Positions 1 to 7,843 of a stretch of 44,590 nucleotides of DNA are shown one piece after another (the stretch's first letter is position 1; each line of letters begins with the position of its first letter). The stretch spans positions 1 to 44,590 of the forward strand of contig JBEDID010000002.1 of assembly GCA_041173745.1 (NCBI GenBank), in the 5' to 3' direction. The stretch comes from Candidatus Parcubacteria bacterium (lineage in GTDB: Bacteria; Patescibacteriota; Minisyncoccia; Phycocordibacterales; UBA918). Made by a program: the position numbers and the translations under genes. The notes beneath the pieces are model-generated. The model had not been told where the DNA came from, searched no databases, and saw only the letters and a program-made list of their open reading frames with translations.

Positions 1-54
1 CAGAAATAAAAACTGAGGTTAATAGTGTCTAGCTCACTTAATGTACTGTGATAT

Positions 55-85
55 TTGACAATATTTTTCAGCGCGTTACGATAAT
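55..85 (+). promoter_or_regulatory. Candidate sigma70-type promoter of the thrS leader
   Basis: Perfect -35 TTGACA at 55-60. -10-like TACGAT (77-82, 16-nt spacer) or GATAAT (80-85, 19-nt spacer). Lies immediately upstream of the T-box-like leader. Confidence 0.4.
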
Positions 86-87
86 GG

Positions 88-266
88 AAATAGAGATTGT
101 GGTGTCTACCAAACACTGGGGCTTTGGCCCGAAACTTTTGTTTCCTAATCTGTGATAATTAAGCGCTGATTGGCATACCAATCAGAAACTCGGTGGAACC
201 GCGATTTAAATCGTCTGAGTGAGTTTACGAAATATTCGTATATTCACTTAGGCGATTTTCTCTTTA
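88..266 (+). promoter_or_regulatory. T-box riboswitch leader (Thr-specific, transcription attenuation type) upstream of thrS
   Basis: T-box core GGUGGAACCGCG at 192-203. The antiterminator folds by hand: A1 CUCGG(189-193)/CUGAG(215-219), 7-nt bulge UGGAACC(194-200), A2 GCGAU(201-205)/AUCGU(210-214) with a UUAA loop. Competing terminator CGUCUGAGUGA(212-222)/UCACUUAGGCG(244-254) with inner TACGAA/TTCGTA pairing, followed by UUUUCUCUUU (256-265). Stem III-like hairpin CTGATTGG(166-173)/CCAATCAG(178-185). Thr codon ACC(108-110) followed by A sits in the 7-nt loop CUACCAA of a short hairpin (101-117). Confidence 0.75.
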
Positions 267-290
267 TCAACTTATGTAATCTTATCCCGA

Positions 291-364
291 GTGAAGCTGA
301 CATGATTCTGAACGACCCTGCAGGCTTTAGCCGAGGACTTAGTGAAGAATTATGTCAGCTTCAT
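291..364 (+). promoter_or_regulatory. Long imperfect hairpin between the T-box terminator and the thrS SD (function unknown)
   Basis: Residues 292-309 (TGAAGCTGACATGATTCT) pair with 346-363 (AGAATTATGTCAGCTTCA): 18 bp including one G-U, enclosing a 36-nt apical region. The 3' arm ends 1-2 nt before the SD GAGGA (365-369). ATG at 379. Confidence 0.5.
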
Positions 365-378
365 GAGGAAACGCTCTT

Positions 379-2130
379 ATGGAAAAATCACTAGAACAAA
401 AACGACACACCCTCGCCCATTTACTGGCAGCGGCTGTTATAGAAAAATACCCAGACGCCAAACTCACTCTCGGCCCAGCCATTGATACTGGTTTCTATTA
501 TGATATTGACTTCAGTGCTGGCGACACTCCCGGTGACGCCGACCTCAAAGATATCCAAAAGTCGATGAAGAAACTGCTCAACAAGTGGACTGAGTTTACG
601 CATGAAGTTGTCACTGCTGAACAAGCGCGCAAAGTTTTCGCGGGCAATGAATTCAAAACTGAACTCATCAACGAAATCGAAGCCAAAGGTGAAACTATAA
701 CTCTCTACACTTGCGGTGGTTTTACTGATTTATGTCGTGGTGGCCACTGTGATAATCCTCAAGCAGAAATTTCTGCTGATGCTTTTAAGCTCGACAAAAT
801 AGCTGGTGCCTATTGGCGTGGTAATGAAAAAAATCCGATGCTCACTCGCATCTACGGACTAGCTTTTGAGACCAAAGAAGAACTCGAGGCTTATCAAAAA
901 CATTTGGAGGAAGCCAAAGCGCGTGATCACCGCAAGCTGGGTAAAGAATTGGATTTATTTACTTTCTCAGACCTAGTTGGACCCGGACTTCCCCTCTTTA
1001 CTCCCAACGGTACTTTAATGCGGGATTTGATAGTCGAGAAGATAATGAAAATTCAAGCCAAGTATGGTTATAAAAAAGTTACCATTCCGCACATCACTAA
1101 AAGTGATTTGTACAAAACCTCTGGTCACTGGGAAAAGTTTGGCGATGAATTATTTAAAGTGAAAGGACAATCTGATGTTGAGTTTGTCATGAAGCCGATG
1201 AACTGTCCGCACCATACACAAATTTTTGCCGCTCAGCCCCGTTCATACAAAGAGCTGCCAATTCGTTATGCCGAAACCACTATGGTTTATCGTGACGAGC
1301 AAGCTGGTGAACTCATTGGTCTTAGTCGTGTGCGCAGTATTACCCAAGATGATGGACACGTATTTTGCACCGTCGACCAAATTGATCAGGAAGTGGAAAA
1401 CATTGTAAAAGTAATTAAAGAATTTTACCAAGCGCTGGGCATGTATGAAGAAGGAAAATTCTGGGTTTCGCTTTCGGTTAGTGACCCTGCCAAACCAGAG
1501 GAATCTCTTGGTGACCGCAGCACTTGGGACAAGGCTGAGACCATGCTTGAAGATGTTGCTAAGCGTTTAGAATTACCTTACAAACGGGTTGAAGGTGAAG
1601 CAGCGTTTTATGGACCGAAGCTAGACTTTATGTTTGAAGACGCCCTGGGTCGCGAACGTCAGCTCGCGACCGCCCAGCTGGACTTTGTCATGCCGCAACG
1701 CTTCGGTTTAGAATACACCGACAACGAAGGCAAAAAACAAACTCCAGTAATGATTCACCGCGCCGTTGCCGGTTCGCTAGAACGCTTCATGGCCATCATG
1801 ATTGAACACTTCGCTGGTAACTTCCCACTGTGGCTATGTCCAACTCAATTGGCAATTATTACAGTAGCGGATGCTCATATTGAATATGCCACCTCCGTTG
1901 CGGAAGTTTTGCTGCAGCAAAACTTCCGGGTCGAACTCGACACTAGCAACGAATCAATGGGCAAGAAAATTCGTAACGCTAAAAAAATGCGACTACCCTA
2001 CTTTATTGTGATTGGTGACAAAGAAGTCGAAAGTAAAACTGTTACTCTTGAGTCACGCGACACCGGTGAATCAATTTCAATTTCTCTAGCAGAACTGTTA
2101 GTGAAATTGGCGGCTGAGGCAAACGTATAA
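379..2130 (+). CDS. thrS: Threonyl-tRNA synthetase lacking the N-terminal TGS (N1) domain
   Basis: 583 aa. Starts at the editing-domain motif RHTLAHLL. Contains CGGFTDLCRGGH, class II core (FVMKPMNCPHH, RVRSITQDDGH) and a C-terminal anticodon-binding domain. SD GAGGA 10 nt upstream. Confidence 0.95.
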   Translation: MEKSLEQKRHTLAHLLAAAVIEKYPDAKLTLGPAIDTGFYYDIDFSAGDTPGDADLKDIQKSMKKLLNKWTEFTHEVVTAEQARKVFAGNEFKTELINEIEAKGETITLYTCGGFTDLCRGGHCDNPQAEISADAFKLDKIAGAYWRGNEKNPMLTRIYGLAFETKEELEAYQKHLEEAKARDHRKLGKELDLFTFSDLVGPGLPLFTPNGTLMRDLIVEKIMKIQAKYGYKKVTIPHITKSDLYKTSGHWEKFGDELFKVKGQSDVEFVMKPMNCPHHTQIFAAQPRSYKELPIRYAETTMVYRDEQAGELIGLSRVRSITQDDGHVFCTVDQIDQEVENIVKVIKEFYQALGMYEEGKFWVSLSVSDPAKPEESLGDRSTWDKAETMLEDVAKRLELPYKRVEGEAAFYGPKLDFMFEDALGRERQLATAQLDFVMPQRFGLEYTDNEGKKQTPVMIHRAVAGSLERFMAIMIEHFAGNFPLWLCPTQLAIITVADAHIEYATSVAEVLLQQNFRVELDTSNESMGKKIRNAKKMRLPYFIVIGDKEVESKTVTLESRDTGESISISLAELLVKLAAEANV

Positions 2131-2161
2131 AACAATGGACAGTACGAAGAGTTAGTACAAG

Positions 2162-2196
2162 AAAAGGCCGGCCCTATGGGGCCGGCCTTTTCTTTT
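2162..2196. terminator. Bidirectional rho-independent terminator (thrS / giant surface protein converge)
   Basis: 13-bp stem AAAAGGCCGGCCC(2162-2174)/GGGCCGGCCTTTT(2179-2191), A-run before and T-run after. Confidence 0.8.
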
Positions 2197-2213
2197 AATT
2201 GCTTAACTAAAAC

Positions 2214-5200
2214 TTAAGCCACCTCCTTCACCGCTTTCATAATCGCCATTTTCACAGCTGAAGCTTCATCATTATAAGTACCATCAATCGCACCAGTAAG
2301 CGCAGTAATCATGTTCTTGATTTTTTCATCAGACAACTTTTCAGTTTCAGATAAAAGTAAATCAGAAATTATCTGCTTCTCACCCTTACGATGACGAACC
2401 ACAGAATCAAGGTCAGACGCAGCATCAGCAAGCGCAAACATTGGTCGATTACCTATCATTTCGTAAGCCGCTACGATATTACCAGTCACAATCGCTTCGG
2501 CGAGAGAGCCTGAACCTTCAGGAATAGTAGCTGGAATGAAAGCAGTTTTACTTTCCGCCACAGCTTCAATTTGACACTCCACACATAAATTACGCATGCG
2601 AGTTTCGTTAATCACAATCCAACCATCCTCTAGTGGATAATGCTTTTTAGCATCAGCAATTACAACATCGAGTTTTTGATTACGTTCAGCTGTTGTACTA
2701 GTGGTAGCGATAAAGTAACGCACTGCATCACTTGAAAGCAGAGCCTTTTGTTCGTGCGCTCGATTCTCTAGGTTAGTTACCACCTCGTCGGTAGCTTGAT
2801 GTGGATTCACAATCGCTTCTTCCTCAACATGGTTTTCATATCCTATAACAGGAGTTCCAACTGGTAAGTTAGAGGGTGCTAATGTACTCACAACTGATGG
2901 TGTTACTACTTTTGACACAAACACGTCTGGTCGAATAAATTCTGCCTGTTTCATCGCACCCATATTGGTAGGACTGAATTGAGGACCTTTGGCACTCACA
3001 TCACCGTTCGCAATTACTTGTTTGCGAATCACCATTACATAAGCAATGTAAGCCGCCCATGCTACTAATAGTAGGTAGAACATTAGTGTCATAATCGGAC
3101 CAGCTTCAAATCCGGTATACGGAACCTGGCTAAGTGAGATGCCTGCGACTAGTGGTTGCTGATCACGAGTTTGTAAAACTACAGTATTGTTTTTAATAAC
3201 AACTGAAACTTTACACTCCACATCACGTGATCCACGCTCCGCTAGCAAAGTATATTTTGTATCGCGGGTTGGCTTTAGCTTAATAGAGCCATCGTAATAA
3301 TCTTTTTTATCTTTAGACAGATGGTCGGCCGTGGTAAATATTTCCTTACCCTTATCATCTGTCAAAGTAACTTCTGTAGCATTAGAGGTATCCCATTTAA
3401 GAGTAATCTGTTCACCAGAATTAATACTATTATCAGAAATTGTTAACTCACAACGGGGAGAGATACTACCTCCACCGCCTCCACCTCCACCAGTTGTAAC
3501 ACTAATTGGCAGTGGGCAGGAAATTGACTTTGAACCTTGGGTAGCAGTTAGGACGTAAGTAATGTTACTAATTGGTGACACCGACTGACTACCGGCTAAT
3601 GCGGTCGCATTGGTACTACTAATCGCTACTGTATCAACATTTTTTGTACTCCAACTAATGACACTAGAGTCACCTCGTCGAATTGAAGCGGATGAAGCTG
3701 AGAAAGTTACACTGTTAGCACAGCTGAAAACTGGCTCTGGGTTAGGTACAGTTACCGGAGCTACACAACTTACCGTTGCGCCAGAACTATCTGTTGCAGT
3801 CAGGTTAAAGTTGGTTGAACTTGTAACATTTACAGATTTATTACCAATCAAACTTACAACTCCAACTAGCGGTGAAATATTCACACTACTAGCATTGGTT
3901 ACTTTCCAGTTTAGCGCCACTGTGCCACCTCCGACCGGCAAAGTGTTTGGCGTTGCAGTAAATGATTCACATAATGGAAGTGGTTTTGCCGAAACTACCA
4001 CAGGGACTTCACAAGTATGAGTCTTATTATCTGTTCCAATCGCCGTTAGTTTATACGTAACATTTACAAGTGGGGAAACGTTGATTGAGCCGTCTGCGGC
4101 TACAGTACCAACACCGTTATCAATTACCACTTGAGTAGCGTTGGTAGTTTCCCAAGTCAAAAGTGTACTTGAACCAACTCGAATTGCTCCTGGATTAGCC
4201 GTGAATAAATCACAACTTGGAACCGGAGTGCCAACTGACACGTCAGCCACACAACTTACTTGTCCGCCAGCGCCTGTCGCCACGAGAGTATAGACACCAT
4301 TAGTTGTTACTGCTCCGGTTGTTTTAGTTCCGTTTAAATCAACATTACCAAAACTAGTTAAAGTTACAGCATTCGCATTTTTGGTTGTCCAATTAAGCGT
4401 TGCTGTTCCTCCGTAAGCAACTGCTTGCGTAGCTGGAGTAAGGGTACATTCTGGAACTTTTGGCACGTCACATTTATAACTAATAGTCGTTTTAACAATT
4501 TGACTGTATGCCCAAGTTTGGAAGTTACTTAACTCAAGGGCGGTTGCCTTGGCTTGGTTTTTTACTTCAAAGTCGCCACATTGCGCCGGTTTATTTACCT
4601 TTCCAACCCAGACAATAGTACCGGATTCATTAGGTGTAAGTTCAAAACCATTAAAGTGTAGAGTTCGATCGGAACTTGTATATACAGGTTTATCTAAATA
4701 TCCTGCTCCCAAGTTGCTGGTATAAGTATTTCGTAAGTAACTAACGTTAGGATCGATAACATCTTCAATCATGACGCCACTGCCAGTACAACTAGCATCG
4801 CCGATGTTTTTTACCGTTATGGTGTAGGTGAGTTCTTGCTCTGGTATTGCAGTAGCCGTATTAACCGTTTTTTCAACTACTAGCTCACAGGGTTTAGGAG
4901 TCGAACAATCATTATTAATTGCTGTTTTTACAGTCTGACTGTACACCCAAGTTTGGAAGTTATTTAACTCAAGGGCGGTTGCCTTGGCTTGGTTTTTTAC
5001 TTCAAAGTCGCCACACTGGGTAGGATTATTTACTTTTCCAACCCAAGTTATAGTACCCGATTCATTAGGATTAAGGGTATTACCATTAAAATGTAGAGTC
5101 CGGTCACTAGCTGTATAAACTACTGTTCCTGCATATCCAGCTGTTAAATTACCAGAAACTGTATATCTAACATAAGTAATATTTGGATCCAGGACATCAT

Positions 5201-5783
5201 CAATCTTTACTCCACCGCCAGTACAATCAGCGTCGCCGATGTTTTTAACAGTTATTGTATAAGTTAATTCATCACCCGGTACAGCCGTTGATTTATTAAC
5301 TGTTTTTTCAACAATGAGCTTACACTGTGTCACTACTGGTGGTTGAATACAAGTAACTTTAACTTCGGCAGTACAAGTTGAACCAGAATCAGAAACACCA
5401 TAAAGAGTATAGGTGGTATTCACTAGAACATTATTGAAAGTTTTAGAACCAGAATTACCAGAAAGAGCTTCTCCGTTAATAGTCAGGCTTGAAAAACCAC
5501 TAGTATCCCAATTTAAAGTAACACTTTCTCCAGCATTAATTGTCTTTCGGGTAGCATCAATAACACATTTTGTGTAAGTGTTATTTGAAGCGGAAGAGCT
5601 TACAGCTCCAGCTCCTAGGGTAATTCCATCTAATAAACCACCGTCACCGAAACCAAATCCAGTGAAAGCAGAAGTCGTTTCTGTTGACGCCACTAATGCC
5701 GACAACAGTAACGCACCAAGAACCATGACACTGGCCACAGTTTTAAAATATTTTTTCATATTTAATAAAGGATTGTTATTCAT
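2214..5783 (-). CDS. Giant multi-repeat surface protein: signal peptide, Ig-like Cys-bracketed repeats, two DUF11-like repeats, Gly8 linker, internal VPYTG+TM, 267-aa C-terminal tail
   Basis: 1189 aa. N-terminal hydrophobic signal (alternative start MKKYF at 5759). Two ~144-aa repeats carry the motif TYTITVKNIGDA(D/S)CTG (DUF11-like). Six ~75-aa repeats are each bracketed by Cys and carry L(N/T/K)W(D/T/E/K)T. GGGGGGGG encoded at 3468-3491. SQVPYTG (VPYTG encoded at 3111-3125) is followed by the TM segment FEAGPIMTLMFYLLLVAWAAYIAYVMVI and RK. Confidence 0.8.
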   Translation of the reverse strand: MNNNPLLNMKKYFKTVASVMVLGALLLSALVASTETTSAFTGFGFGDGGLLDGITLGAGAVSSSASNNTYTKCVIDATRKTINAGESVTLNWDTSGFSSLTINGEALSGNSGSKTFNNVLVNTTYTLYGVSDSGSTCTAEVKVTCIQPPVVTQCKLIVEKTVNKSTAVPGDELTYTITVKNIGDADCTGGGVKIDDVLDPNITYVRYTVSGNLTAGYAGTVVYTASDRTLHFNGNTLNPNESGTITWVGKVNNPTQCGDFEVKNQAKATALELNNFQTWVYSQTVKTAINNDCSTPKPCELVVEKTVNTATAIPEQELTYTITVKNIGDASCTGSGVMIEDVIDPNVSYLRNTYTSNLGAGYLDKPVYTSSDRTLHFNGFELTPNESGTIVWVGKVNKPAQCGDFEVKNQAKATALELSNFQTWAYSQIVKTTISYKCDVPKVPECTLTPATQAVAYGGTATLNWTTKNANAVTLTSFGNVDLNGTKTTGAVTTNGVYTLVATGAGGQVSCVADVSVGTPVPSCDLFTANPGAIRVGSSTLLTWETTNATQVVIDNGVGTVAADGSINVSPLVNVTYKLTAIGTDNKTHTCEVPVVVSAKPLPLCESFTATPNTLPVGGGTVALNWKVTNASSVNISPLVGVVSLIGNKSVNVTSSTNFNLTATDSSGATVSCVAPVTVPNPEPVFSCANSVTFSASSASIRRGDSSVISWSTKNVDTVAISSTNATALAGSQSVSPISNITYVLTATQGSKSISCPLPISVTTGGGGGGGGSISPRCELTISDNSINSGEQITLKWDTSNATEVTLTDDKGKEIFTTADHLSKDKKDYYDGSIKLKPTRDTKYTLLAERGSRDVECKVSVVIKNNTVVLQTRDQQPLVAGISLSQVPYTGFEAGPIMTLMFYLLLVAWAAYIAYVMVIRKQVIANGDVSAKGPQFSPTNMGAMKQAEFIRPDVFVSKVVTPSVVSTLAPSNLPVGTPVIGYENHVEEEAIVNPHQATDEVVTNLENRAHEQKALLSSDAVRYFIATTSTTAERNQKLDVVIADAKKHYPLEDGWIVINETRMRNLCVECQIEAVAESKTAFIPATIPEGSGSLAEAIVTGNIVAAYEMIGNRPMFALADAASDLDSVVRHRKGEKQIISDLLLSETEKLSDEKIKNMITALTGAIDGTYNDEASAVKMAIMKAVKEVA
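4501..5013 (-). repeat. Near-identical ~80-bp DNA repeat inside the two DUF11-like modules
   Basis: 4501-4580 and 4935-5013 share ...ccaagtttggaagtta(c/t)ttaactcaagggcggttgccttggcttggttttttacttcaaagtcgccaca, about 434 bp apart (one protein repeat unit). Flanking parts of the modules are much more diverged. Confidence 0.85.
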
Positions 5784-5942
5784 AAAATTTATACTCTCAC
5801 CTACACCATATACGCAAGAGTAACGAAGTTTACCAAGTAACTACAATCAAAATTTAGAAAAGAACTAAGGTGAACAAGTGTTCAAGAAGTACGATGTGTT
5901 ATTGCAAGAATGTCCCTCTGCAGGGATTTTGTCAATATATTG

Positions 5943-6629
5943 TTACAATTTTCGTACTTCAATTTGCTCTGCTTCCACGATATATCGATCATCCGTACTA
6001 CCAAAACTATTGCAGGTTGCAAGGGTTAGGCGTTTTTCCGCTCCCGCAATTGGCACCGTCAAATCTTGAGCTTTAGCTCGATAGACTTTATCGACTCGAT
6101 ATTCATATACAGATTCATCTGAATAAACTTCAACAACGTCGCCCCACTCTAAACTTTGAATACCATTAAAAGCTTGAAAATTCTTATTAAAGACGGTTGG
6201 TAAATAACTAGAATGTCCAAGAATAAATACATTACCAGCCTGACCCAACTCGGCCGAATCAGGATGTCGAACTACACCATTCAACAAAGCTGCATCGAGA
6301 TCAGCAATTGCACGTGAAGTTGGATTGGCCACAGAGACTTTTTTGTTGAGTTTTACAATATTAATAGTCAAAGGCAACTCATACTGATTCTCAGTAGTAG
6401 AAGCTTCTACTTTAGTAATTACTGGTGAAACTATAGTAAGTGGAAATTCTGTTTTAGTTTCAGATGATACCAAAGCGGTTGAAGTAGCTTCTTCAGATTC
6501 ATTAGTCGCTGGTGGCTCAGGCACAAAATCGATGGCCACTAAAGCAACGTACGATAAAGTGAACACAATAAAAAACGTGCCTAAAAACACAAACTTTCGT
6601 TCCCAAATTTGTTGCAAGATGTAATCCAT
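5943..6629 (-). CDS. Sortase-family transpeptidase (membrane-anchored)
   Basis: 228 aa. N-terminal TM (FVFLGTFFIVFTLSYVALVAI). Catalytic His context FILGHSSY, Cys motif TLATC, downstream Arg (DDRYIVEAE). Confidence 0.85.
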   Translation of the reverse strand: MDYILQQIWERKFVFLGTFFIVFTLSYVALVAIDFVPEPPATNESEEATSTALVSSETKTEFPLTIVSPVITKVEASTTENQYELPLTINIVKLNKKVSVANPTSRAIADLDAALLNGVVRHPDSAELGQAGNVFILGHSSYLPTVFNKNFQAFNGIQSLEWGDVVEVYSDESVYEYRVDKVYRAKAQDLTVPIAGAEKRLTLATCNSFGSTDDRYIVEAEQIEVRKL

Positions 6630-6711
6630 ACCACACTAACTTAAATTTAATTATAGCACTTATATATACAAAGTCAAGACAGCTGACATCAGTTGGTGTT
6701 TTGAATTAGAT

Positions 6712-6740
6712 TTGACAAGACTCTATCATTGTGGTATTTT
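6712..6740 (+). promoter_or_regulatory. Candidate extended -10 promoter giving a leaderless or near-leaderless transcript
   Basis: TTGACA (6712-6717), 17-nt spacer, TG (6732-6733) n TATTTT (6735-6740). The first ATG of the downstream CDS is at 6750 and has no convincing SD. Confidence 0.4.
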
Positions 6741-6749
6741 CTTGGGACT

Positions 6750-7781
6750 ATGAATGACGTACCAAAAACAAAAAAGACTGCCCTGCTAAAGATACTCGCT
6801 ATCTTCGTTTTTATTGGATTAATCACTTGGACATCAATTAAATTGGTGGCCGTTGCGCCGCAAGCATTCTCTTCTCTCGCCTCTTTGGCTGAAGGCCTGA
6901 ATCAATATCGAAACACTCTTACAAATGATTCTAACGAAGCCACTACTACTCCAGCTTCGATTACCGTAACAAGCAACAAAACGCTCGTCCCGGCAGGAGA
7001 CAATTTTGAGCTAGCATGGAGCATTGCAGAAAACCAAGGCACTTATACCTTCTCTTACGATTGTACTGAGGGTGTAGCTTTAGATATTTTAAATATTGAT
7101 GGTATCCGTAGCATTAACTGCAACACTACCTATAATGTAGGAAATGTTTCTACATTAAGCCTTAAGGCTGATTCCGAAAAAAATCGGTTTAGTGAAGTAA
7201 ATTATCAAATTGCTTTTTTAGCGACGAACGATACCACGCCCCGAGCTACCGGCTCAGCTTCTATAACCATCGTTAATGACAAATTATCTGATCTTGCAAT
7301 GAAACCAGATACTGAACCAGCGCCAACTGAAGAAATAGTGGTTACTGAAACAAAAACCACTTCAGTTACTACTAAACCAGCTCCGACTTACCAACAGGAA
7401 TATGTTTACACCATACCAGTCTCTGACCCAAATGGTAAAACTGACATGGCAGTGTCTTTTATAAACACTGGTAGAATTGTAGTTGACACTTTTTTCACTG
7501 GCGCAATTAAACAAAATGAATCTGGAGCTATCCAGTTTGCCGTAAAAAATCAAGGCACTAAAACTTCGAGTGACTGGACTTTCTCTGTCACTCAACCAAA
7601 CGGTGAGACTTACACTTCAGCTAAACAAAAACCTTTAAAACCTAACGAGCGAGCTGTACTAACAGTTGGTTTCAATACAATTGATAAAAGCTCTCACAAC
7701 TTCTTAGTATCAGTAAGTGAAAATACTGATAAAAACAACTTGAATAATAATTTTACAAAGACTGTGACTTTCTTGAAGTAA
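6750..7781 (+). CDS. Membrane-anchored secreted hypothetical protein with Ig-like/CARDB-like beta domains
   Basis: The ORF track begins at TTG 6729; the first ATG is at 6750 (MNDVPKTKKT). One N-terminal TM (LLKILAIFVFIGLITWTSIKLV). Repeat-like segment FELAWSIAEN resembles the LxW repeats of the neighbouring giant protein. C-terminal half is beta-rich (GAIQFAVKNQGTKTS, CARDB-like). Confidence 0.65.
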   Translation: MNDVPKTKKTALLKILAIFVFIGLITWTSIKLVAVAPQAFSSLASLAEGLNQYRNTLTNDSNEATTTPASITVTSNKTLVPAGDNFELAWSIAENQGTYTFSYDCTEGVALDILNIDGIRSINCNTTYNVGNVSTLSLKADSEKNRFSEVNYQIAFLATNDTTPRATGSASITIVNDKLSDLAMKPDTEPAPTEEIVVTETKTTSVTTKPAPTYQQEYVYTIPVSDPNGKTDMAVSFINTGRIVVDTFFTGAIKQNESGAIQFAVKNQGTKTSSDWTFSVTQPNGETYTSAKQKPLKPNERAVLTVGFNTIDKSSHNFLVSVSENTDKNNLNNNFTKTVTFLK

Positions 7782-7801
7782 GAATTGTTGGTAATAAAAA
7801 A

Positions 7802-7836
7802 AACGGGTGAAGCCAAAGGCTTCACCCGTTTTTTTA
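7802..7836. terminator. Bidirectional rho-independent terminator
   Basis: Stem AACGGGTGAAGCC(7802-7814)/GGCTTCACCCGTT(7818-7830), A-run upstream and T-run downstream, between convergent genes. Confidence 0.8.
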
Positions 7837-7843
7837 TCTATCT

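Noticed and set aside
170-394. 74-aa ORF upstream of thrS
   Set aside because: It lies entirely within the T-box antiterminator/terminator and the second hairpin. It has no SD, an odd composition, and overlaps the thrS start. It is better explained as a noncoding leader.
3331-4020. Plus-strand ORFs (75 and 136 aa) antisense to the giant surface protein. Similar antisense ORFs occur at 25913-26728 (in gap), 32204-32662 (in the HTH gene) and 39486-39674 (the Phe-rich mirror of the Lys-rich gene).
   Set aside because: These are shadow ORFs opposite strongly coding, repeat-rich or codon-biased genes. Their products are low-complexity with no start-site signals.
5870-6076. Two overlapping plus-strand ORFs (63 and 68 aa) between the giant protein and the sortase
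   Set aside because: They overlap the 3' end of the well-supported sortase CDS on the opposite strand and have no start signals or recognisable motifs.
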